From Octopus vulgaris (lineage: Eukaryota), in NCBI GenBank assembly GCA_951406725.2, contig OX597815.1:155062001-155126000 (forward strand): a stretch of DNA of 64,000 bases, in the 5' to 3' direction. The notes below the pieces were generated by a model, which saw only the letters and a program-made list of their open reading frames with translations, ran no database searches and was not told the origin of the DNA. Both the position numbers and the translations under genes were made by a program. Shown piece after piece: positions 53,940 to 64,000 of this stretch (positions are counted from its first letter, which is position 1; the number at the start of each line of letters is the position of its first letter).

Positions 53940-55762
53940 GTCTTATACCAACTCCCCCATGCAATTTCCTCCCACCCGGTGCAACCTGTCGGCTCCAGCA
54001 CATCCCGCTTTCCTATATGTGCATGTGTATGTGTGTGTGTGTGTGTGTGTGCGTATGTATGTGCACATACGTGTACGTATGGGTACATATACATATATAT
54101 ACACATGTGCGTGTGTGTGTGTGTGTGGGTGGGTGTATGTGCATATACGGTTCCCTGCATTTTCCCCCTATATATACAAATTTTGTAACTCAGATGTTGA
54201 ACGCACACCGCCAAACTCCACTTCCCACCCTTCCAATTTTCAGTTCCCCCCGCCCGCCCCTACGTTTAACACACACCTCTAACTTTCAACCACCTCCATC
54301 TCATGTTAAACTTTACAAAATTATATTTTTATCTTATTTTATTTTATTTTTATTTTTACTTTTATTTTTACTTTTATCCTACTTCAATTTATTTTTATTT
54401 TTAATTTTATTTTTACTTTTATTCTACTTCCATTTATTCTCATTTTCATTTTCATCCCTTACCTTAACTCTTATAATTTTTTATAATTCTTATACTTCAT
54501 TTCTAACTATTACATTGTATTTCTTATTTTATACTGTATTTTTTATTTCGAATCTTTACCCTTACCTTCATTCTTACCCCTAACTTATCGCTTTACACCT
54601 CTACATATGTTTATTTACTTACCTATGGATCCATCTTTTGAATATACGAGCGTCCGCGTACGTGTGTATACGCATACATACATATGCACGCGCATATATG
54701 TACATGCATACTTCGATATCTTATAGCTATACCCATGTGCGCGTGTGTCTCTCTGTGTGTGTATGTGACTGTATATGTGCACGCACATACGGACACACAG
54801 CCGTGTGTGCGTGCGCGTATTGACATGAGTACGGGATTCTTTACTTACGTTCTTATACACATCCTTTAATATCTTATACCTGGACCTAGAGGCGTGGGCA
54901 TATACGTGTGTGTATGTAGTGATGGGCGCGCGTATATACATGTGAGCGTGTTCGCGCGTAATGTCCGTGTATATATGCGGATATTCTGGTGTATGCATGT
55001 GTGTGTACGCGCGTGCGTGTGGGTGCGTGTGTGTTTATGTACGTGTTTACACGCGAGTGCGTGTGTATGCTTATATGCTTGGAGGCGTATATGTACACGT
55101 GTATGTGGGTGTATGTATCCATGATGATATGTATGTACTAGAAGTCCATTTAATTCAAGGAACCAGATTAAATGCTCATCAGCTCTGATTTACAACGCAT
55201 TAAGTCCCCAGACGAAACTGTTGATTTACTGTTGATTTACTGACAATTCTACAACTAAATTTTATCAATCTCCTGACCACCATGCTTGGTCCGTAACCTC
55301 TATACATCCCTTATCTTTACATTCTTTTACACTTTTATCATGGTTTTATCAGATTTTTTTACTTTTATTTCTATTTTTATCTCTATTTCTATTTTTACTT
55401 TATAACCTTATGCTTTTACATTTATTTACATTTCTTTATATTTCTTTATACCCCCTTTACATCTCCTTACAACTCTTTATATCTTTATCCTCTACATTTT
55501 TATATTATTCTATACTTACACCTTTTATACATTTTTTATCCCTCGTCCCGAACTCTCGCCCCTCCATCTTCACCTCTATATATGTATTTATTTATTTACA
55601 TTACCTCAACATCCAATTTTCCTCATTCTACATTGAGAGAAGAAAGAGATGGACGCTTCAATTCTATGCTGCTGCCGCATTATGTCGTACGTAAATGAGA
55701 GGATTCGCATCCCCAACCAAGAATTTTTGATGTAACACATGTCCTTGTGGAAGCTGTTGTGC

Positions 55763-55840
55763 GCGGCTGAAGAAGGCCACAGACATACATTATGCATTGT
55801 TATAAATCTGTCTAATAAAGGCCCGAAACATATGTACCGC
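55763..55840 (+). ncRNA. Type I hammerhead ribozyme (PLE-type, palindromic stem III)
   Basis: gcgg CTGAAGA aggcc [acagac...tctgtct] ggccc GAAA catatg TA ccgc. Intact core, GUA triplet, stem I gcgg/ccgc. Confidence 0.85.
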
Positions 55841-55876
55841 TGAATCCTTCGCATCATGTTTTTATTTTATTTTGAT

Positions 55877-56703
<827 letters not shown>

Positions 56704-56762
56704 ATATATATATACATATACATATATGTATATATATATATATATATATGTGTGTGTGCGTG

Positions 56763-56811
<49 letters not shown>

Positions 56812-57559
56812 ATCACTATTCATTGTCTTTCCTGAAACATTTAATATGTACGCTAATAAAAATGTATTGAATGATCATTCAGTTTAATGTTACATTGTTT
56901 ATTTTAATATATAACTTCACTTGAAAACAAATATCAATATATACATACATGCGTAGATATATACACACACATACGTACAGATGGATGGAAGGATAGATAT
57001 GTAATTTTTGCGTATGCATTGCAATGAAGATTTAACAATGAAATATGTATTGATAGTATTTGTTAGAACTATGTGCAGTTTAGATGATTAATTTCAGCAT
57101 TCGGTAAGTGCTATGGTGGAAATAATCAATCAATAGATGCTATCTTTATTGATTTTCTGTGATTTCTTAGCAGACATCAATTGTTGTGGTTGGAGCCCTT
57201 TAACCAAATCGAAAGCTTTTATGAAAAGTATTGAAAAAGAATCAGCAAAATATTAGTCTCACAGAAAGAAAAACGCTTTTGAAGGCAATGTTGGGCGGTT
57301 AAAGAGATCATATTGCAACCGCCGGGTTGATGTGAAATGTTCTGTACTTTAGCCTCGGTTTGACCAAAACTTTACGAGTGATGATTGAGTCGAGTGACTG
57401 AAAATGTACAAGCTGCATCCACTGTCCGTCTGTCCGATCTTCCATACTTGCTTACTTACATAGGTTCTATTGTCTCCGATAAGATACAATAATGCATAGT
57501 TATATTTCAAAGGGAGTATTTCTGTGATGCTGTATATACTTTCAACAAACCTCTCGTTC

Positions 57560-58270
57560 TTTTTGTTAAAGAAATTTTAGGGATATGCGATTGACTAAAG
57601 GCAGAAACACTAACCAAGCACATTGTTTCTTTGTGGATAATCTATAAATATTTGCCAAGCATATGAAGTTATCAAGGAAAGCTTCATCTGTGTTACAACT
57701 TTCTCAAAGTAATAAGGATGGATTTGAGGTTGAATATATGTCTTTACATGGTTGTAAAACGAAGAACTCACAATTTCATCTAGCAAAATTTTTATCAAAT
57801 GGCCTAATTCTACAGTAGTATGCAGACGTAACAGACTAGAGATAAGGAACTGATACGGAGAGAAATTATGCACAGTAGTTGAAATCATTTATCTAGTAGA
57901 TGTCAGCATAGTTTTTCAAGTTTGGCGAAAGGAGAACTCTATGGCGAATCGGAGAGAGCTCTTAAGTTATTCGTCTTGTCTATAGTTTATATTACTTTCT
58001 ATAATAATTGGAGGCCTTCAGCATGTGCCTACGTACTGCTCTTGAGACTTTGGGTTCCACAAAATCACAAAGACACAGACGAAATATTGAAAACATTTAA
58101 GACTTTTACCATGTAATACGTGTATATAAACTTGAATATACATACATGTATATACTTAAGTGCGTATACATAACTCAAAGTATACGGGCCCACATATGTA
58201 ATGACATTTATACATCTACGTGTTTATATTCATACATACATCGGTATGTACATACATGCATGCATGCAAA
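57560..58270 (+). mobile_element. Decayed RLE-type non-LTR 3' fragment (CATA-associated family)
   Basis: 'CRRNRLEIRN*YGEKLCTVVEIIYLVDVSI', 'IIIGGLQHV', 'LKTFKTFTM*', followed by CATA-rich tail. Confidence 0.55.
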
Positions 58271-58298
58271 CATGTGAAAAATTATATTACATATATAT

Positions 58299-58810
58299 AA
58301 AAGGGATGACCATTACGTGGACATCCGTTATGCTAGAAGTAGATCCGCTATGGTCTTACCACTAAGAAAGGATGTTCTCAAGAAAATTTAGCAAACGCCA
58401 GAAAGTAAGCGAGCAAGACAAATGAAAAGAAACAAAATAAAGATTCATCATAAACTAATTTCGCTATTAACACTTACGCAAATTACTTACGTAATTGTCC
58501 GTAGCTCATCAGTATGATCGTCATTGCAAATATAATTTGTAGAACTATACACGAGATGTCCACATGAGATTGAACATGTATACAGTTCTACCAATTACAC
58601 TTGGGGTTATCTTTCAAAAGTCTTCGTTTTGGCGCGCTAAAATACAGGAAATAATTCTGCAGAAAATAATTTTTCTGAAACTTCAGATTTTAATATGCTA
58701 GACCACTGGTTTTGAATTGATATTAATCAAATTAATATTCAATTTTTCATCCTTATTAAGTTAAATTTAAATTTCAATAACTATGTTCTCTAACCGGCAT
58801 CTACTTCTAG
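58299..58810 (-). mobile_element. Non-coding HHR-bearing element, copy B
   Basis: Inverted homologue of 56039-56703; sense 3' end 'ggtcatccct' abuts (TA)n at ~58291-58298. Confidence 0.8.
58447..58518 (-). ncRNA. Type I hammerhead ribozyme, copy B
   Basis: Minus: atcata CTGATGA gcta [ttacgtaa-gtaat-ttgcgtaa] tagc GAAA ttag TT tatgat. Confidence 0.8.
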
Positions 58811-59624
58811 ATAGGTAGATAGATAGATAGATGCATATATTTATATATGTATTTATGTATATGTGTGTAGCTGTTTGCGACTTATTTCGCTGACGAATAT
58901 ACACGAAGACGAGGTAGGCCACTCTCACCATCAGTGATACAGTGGATTATTGAGAATCAGCAACTATAGTTTGCTTCAAAGGTTCCCAAAGCAAATATAC
59001 ATGCGATATACTGGCTATTAGCCAAAGTAACTTTGATATAGTTACGTATGAATATATATGCATGCAAAATGATAGACACACAAAGGTAATATGTCGAGCA
59101 ACTTCATTCACATTATACACACACACACATACACATACATAAACACACACATACACATACAAACAAACGGACACACATTCACATATATATATATACAGAC
59201 AAAACTTCATATATATATATATATATATAATATATATATATACATTTATAGACACACACATACCTATATGTATATACACGTATGTATATATATATATGCA
59301 TGCATGCATGTATGTATGTATATATGTATGTATGTACGTATGTATGTATGTATGTATGTATGTATGTATGTACGTATGTATGTATGCAAACGCGCGCATG
59401 CATGTAAGTGTGTGCGAAGTTGTTCGACATATTAGCATTCTTTTTAACTCCATGATGTGTTCCTGTATTCAGAATAAGAAAGCTTTGCAGGGGATAGTAA
59501 CAAAGAGCACAGAGTATGCAAAAAAAAAAAAACAAAGTGGCGGGGAACTGGAAATTTCGTTTGTGAACCTATTTACTTATAGCACTCTTACATGTGCAGA
59601 TTGGCAGATTGGCAGATTGCACAT

Positions 59625-59831
59625 ACCACTCTTATGCAATTCAAAGAATGATAGACATAAACAGAATCACAAAGAAAAAATACATATATTATAAAACATA
59701 TAACTAGATAACAAAAAGTTTATTCATTTTTTGTACTTTTTGTAATCTAGTTATATGTTTCATAATATATTTTATTTTTTTCTATATGATTTGGTTTATG
59801 TCTATCATTTTTTGAATTGCATAATAGTGGT
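59625..59831. mobile_element. Fold-back (MITE-like) palindrome, ~95-bp arms
   Basis: 'accactcttatgcaattcaaagaatgatagacataaac...aaacatataactagataacaaaaagt' is mirrored by 'actttttgtaatctagttatatgttt...gtttatgtctatcattttttgaattgcataatagtggt'. Confidence 0.75.
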
Positions 59832-59932
59832 TTTTCTTTAATTTATATATATATTATATATATATATTGGGAAATTTGATTTAATACTAAATTTAATTTT
59901 TCCTTGTAAGTTTGGAGTCATACTCCCTGACA

Positions 59933-59960
59933 TTCTTCTTCTTCTTCTTCTTCTTCTTCC

Positions 59961-60023
<63 letters not shown>

Positions 60024-60109
60024 CATTAATATTATCATTATTACTATTATTGTTATTATTATCATTATTATTATCATTATTATTATTATCATTATTATTA
60101 TTATTATTA

Positions 60110-60194
<85 letters not shown>
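59933..60194. repeat. (TTC)n-(TTA)n-(GTA)n array
   Basis: Directly visible. Confidence 0.95.
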
Positions 60195-60224
60195 CATATA
60201 AACATGCACATTTAAATAAATTGT

Positions 60225-60544
60225 AGTCAACAGGAAGGAATACGGCTGGACTGTTATTTTTTAAATCACGACAAATATTTCTACATAATTTAGTTTTTCA
60301 TATATACAGGTATTTAATTATGCAACCGTTTACCTGAATAATGAGATTCAGCTGTATATCCTCAGAGGCGTTTTACTAACGGAGACAGCAATTGAATATC
60401 ACCTGAGGAAATACAACTGAATCCCCATTCTACGCGTAAACGATTGCATAATCAAATACTTGTATACAACAAGAACTATATTGTGTGGAAACATTTGGCA
60501 TGATTAAAAAATTAACTGTCCAACCGTATTCCTTCCTGCTGACT
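60225..60544. mobile_element. Fold-back MITE (~140-bp arms); partial second copy at ~61030-61225
   Basis: TIR 'agtcaacaggaaggaatacggctggac' / 'gtccaaccgtattccttcctgctgact'; 'tttactaacggagacagcaa.tgaatatcacctgagga' repeated at ~60372 and ~61031. Confidence 0.75.
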
Positions 60545-61224
60545 CAAACTTATTCAGTTTTATTTTCATACAAGACGAATGTCAAAATCTAGACTTGGAA
60601 GTATATCCTAATACGACCAGCTATTCGGCAATTCTTAGGGTAAACGTGGTCTCTACTGCTACGTTCCTTACGGAATATACTTTAAATAACACTGTCAAAA
60701 GCCAGATAACTGGTCGAAGTCGCGATTTTTGAATCAGCGTACTACGAAGGGTCAAATGATGGAAAAACTAAGTCTACACTTCTCGCTAAAGCTAAACCAA
60801 AAAATGCACCGACCAAAAATGAATATATCGGATGATAAAATTTCACATGTGCATCATAACATGAGGAAGAGATCCAAAATCGGTTAATACCAAAATAAAC
60901 ATCCAATACACCCAATATCACTCATAGCAGGCACGCAGAAGCATGTTAACAGCAAGCGAAATGAAAACTGCCAGCGTCTACTAAATTCAAATAAAGCAGA
61001 TTGATGTGACAGCATCGAAGTCGGAGGTTGTTTACTAACGGAGACAGCAAATGAATATCACCTGAGGAGATGCAACTGGATCCCATTATAGAGGTAAACG
61101 GCTACATATTAAAATACATGCATATATGAAGAATTATGTTGTGCGGAAATATTCGTTGTGATTAAAAATTGACTGTCCACCCGTATTCTATTTTATTTTC
61201 ACACACGACGAATGCCAAATTCTA

Positions 61225-61550
61225 GTGTAAGAATCAACCTCAGTTGTTATATTTCTAAGTTTGGTACTTACTCTATCGGTCTGTTCTTTTTTCCAAACCG
61301 CTAAGTTACGGGGACATAAATGCACCTACACCGGTTGTCAAGCGGTGGTGGAGAACTAACACACAAAGACACGTACACATAGATGTCAATATTTGTGACG
61401 GACATCTTTTTGACTCCACCGACAAAATCCACTCACAAGACTTTGGTCCGCCCGAGGCAACAGTAGAAGACACTTCGCTAAGGTGTCATGCAGTGGAACT
61501 GAACTTAGAACCATGTGGTTGGAAAACAAGCTTCTTATCACATAGTTACG
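61225..61550 (-). mobile_element. SINE family A
   Basis: 'aaccgctaagttacggggac...ccggttgtcaagcggtgg...aaatccactcacaagactttgg...agaaccatgtggttgg'. Confidence 0.85.
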
Positions 61551-61599
61551 CCTTCATTTCAGTTTTCTGTCGCATTTCAGAAATGGCAAATTTTGATTA

Positions 61600-62600
61600 A
61601 TCATATTAAAGGCTTCAACATTCATGGGATTATTCGTTCAGGCGTTTCTATTTGGCTGTTTACAGGCCTTAAATCACTGATATCAGTTGGCTCTTTTCTG
61701 TATATTTCGTTATCAATTAATGATGGTAGATAACGTTTTTCAATCAAAATATCTTTTACTTCTTTTAGTATTCTCTTTCGGGTGTTTGGATTTGATACAA
61801 AAGTATATCTTCTTTTAATCTGATTGAATGGAATATTGATTCTCGCGTGTTTCGGATGACATATCATAAAAAACAAATAATGCCTCGAGTCTTTGGTTTA
61901 AAATACAGCTTTCTCGATTCTATTCAGTTTCTTTTGTAACCAATATGTCTTGGAATGGTTATGTATCTTTGCTATGTTTCATAGTATGCTATGTTAATAA
62001 TATTTATGAGTCTTAAAGTAAAACAAAAAGTTTAACCAAGCCTTGTTTCTATGCGATTAAACAATCATCTAAATATCAATTTCTATTTTCCATCAAATAA
62101 TTCTAAAAAACATTTCACATTTTTACCTAGATTTTTGGGGCCTGCCACAGTTCCCATTGTTATTCAATTTATTAAACCAAAATGGTATATTTGTACGCAG
62201 GCTAAACACATCAAATGAAACTATTAGGTTTCTTCACTCGTTGTAAATGTAATGTGATTTAACATATCTAAGTGTTGCAATATATAGCCCCGCACATGTT
62301 CCAAATATAGTTATATCCAAAAGTCATTCAGTCTTTGGGTTTCACAAGACGGAACAGTCGCTATCTCTGTTAATTTTAAGTCATTTGGGAGATAGAATGA
62401 TTGTTAAACTTACATATGATAATTTTTTGCTGAAATCATTTATTATCCAATTTTTGTTAATTGAATTTTTGATAATCTACAAAAACTGAAAACTATATTT
62501 AGATTATTTGATCCTATGGGAAGAAGGCTTGGGCAAAAACTTTTCAATAATTTTTACCCTATAATTATTTTCAAACATGTTTCTCTTATAATTGTTCTTA
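61600..62600 (-). mobile_element. Decayed PLE reverse transcriptase remnant
   Basis: Minus 'TMGTVAGP' (motif B-like), 'YLDDC' (~62060-62080) and thumb 'CHPKHARINIPFNQIKR..FVSNPNTRKRILKEVKDILIEKRYLPSLID', similar to the 19385 element. Confidence 0.65.
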
Positions 62601-64000
62601 CCTTGTTGAAAACATATTCTTCTCCTTATGGTTAATAGCTTGCATGAGAGAGTAGACCAATGCGAAAGCCATCAAACACAAAAGCACTTGGCTCGGGGCA
62701 GATCTAGAAGGTCTAGTATTAGTTGCATTGAATCAGCAATACCAAAATGTATCCCAAACTAAATGCAGCAAGAGGCTAAAATCAAATATAAATTATGCAA
62801 TCAGAACAAGGTAAGTATTCACATCATATCTGTCTACTCAGTTTTTACAAGTGCATAATGTACCCACGTATACAACATAGTATTATGTCCATCCACTGGC
62901 GTTTGTGTGTTTAATTCAAATATGCTGACACTTAAACATAACTTCGAGAAGCAACATAAGCATGTCCAAAACACAATATACGATACTGATACAATGGATA
63001 CAATAATATTGGAAATAACTGCCCAGAGAGAGAGTAAAAGATAATGCAATCTTCCCATATTGACAGATCTGGAAAAGGAGAATGTTATATAATATTGGTA
63101 AATAAAATCGTGCATAGAGCTAATCCAAAATGTGCAACTTTTACATGCAGCAAATATGGAAAATTGTAAGTGAACGCCAGGTACACTATAATCACTAAAC
63201 AACGGTTCCAGGATACAATGTAGTGCGATAACAGTAAATGGTTAAATTGTTCCTATGGCATAGAAACTATCAAAGAGAAGTTACATGCAAAGGATGATTG
63301 ATGCATGAAAAGTATATACCATGTTCCCAGTTTCTGAACAACGCTTCTCTTGGTATTTTGCAGACCATTTAATAGTGTCGAGAAAGCAGATAAGATCATA
63401 ATAGAGTAAAAATCAATGTTAGGTCATAGATTTTCTTTTACCAATTGATAGCAGAACCGAAGCAAAAAAATAATAAAATATTGGAAATCTTCCACATTGC
63501 GGGGAAAACCTCAGAAAGCTGTGCTCTTAAGAAAATCTTTGCTTGTGTAACACTGGTATTGTTTTGTAACTGTTGTGAAGCTTCGAGTCAACAAAACAAT
63601 TTGGGTTCATTTTCCACTTAGCTATGAGTTCAATGTTAAATCGTGGTTTACCAAAAGCTAAAAATATTATGGAACGGTCAATGCTTGAAGACTGTGATCA
63701 TACATTCAGAGATCATCTAGAGTTAAACAAAGACAAAAAATTCAAAACTTTTTTTACCAAAAAAGGATCGACAGTTTACTGATTCGTGTTAGGCAACTTT
63801 CCAAGTATCGAAAGGTAAATTAACAGTCAATTAGACATGGTGGAATGGAATATTATAGCTATACTATTCCATTTAGCTATGTCTAAAACAAATGATGAAT
63901 TGAGGATAGAAAAAAAATTAGACGTTATATATCGAAAAAATTACACAAGCAACCATCAGTATGTATATACTGCATGTATATATGTATGTATATATGTATG

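Noticed and set aside
55170-55245. Second HHR in the PLE 3' region ('ctgattt...gacgaaactgttg')
   Set aside because: The CUGANGA core is absent and there is no stem II pairing.
52632-55640. Selenoprotein-type Naiad (in-frame UGA plus SECIS)
   Set aside because: The ORF has no in-frame TGA and the conserved Cys are TGC/TGT. No convincing SECIS was seen by eye; SECISearch would settle it.
62620-63900. Possible decayed DNA transposase on plus strand
   Set aside because: Coding-like composition, but no motif could be identified with confidence.

Overview
AT-rich, microsatellite-dense eukaryotic DNA. The SINE families and repeat landscape suggest an octopus or other coleoid cephalopod (inference). 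No host protein-coding exon can be supported. Almost all ORFs in the track are microsatellite translations or transposon debris. Recognisable content: (1) Penelope-like elements (PLEs), including a 5'-truncated Naiad-like copy with an uninterrupted 1.3-kb RT-thumb/GIY-YIG ORF (52632-53939) and several decayed copies; (2) about 4 well-formed and about 6 degenerate type I hammerhead ribozyme (HHR) motifs, mostly in PLE 3' ends or in short non-coding elements abutting (TA)n, including a two-copy ~510-bp element whose HHR stems show compensatory changes; (3) RLE-type (R4/Dong-like) non-LTR fragments in (TAA)n, a second RLE family associated with (CATA)n, and a Tx1/L1-like LINE ending in (ATC)n; (4) three mariner elements with TIRs and TA target duplications, a decayed DNA transposase and fold-back MITEs; (5) at least four tRNA-derived SINE families. 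The most interesting pattern is that different retroelement lineages each sit in a different microsatellite motif, with self-cleaving ribozymes marking the (TA)n-associated group.
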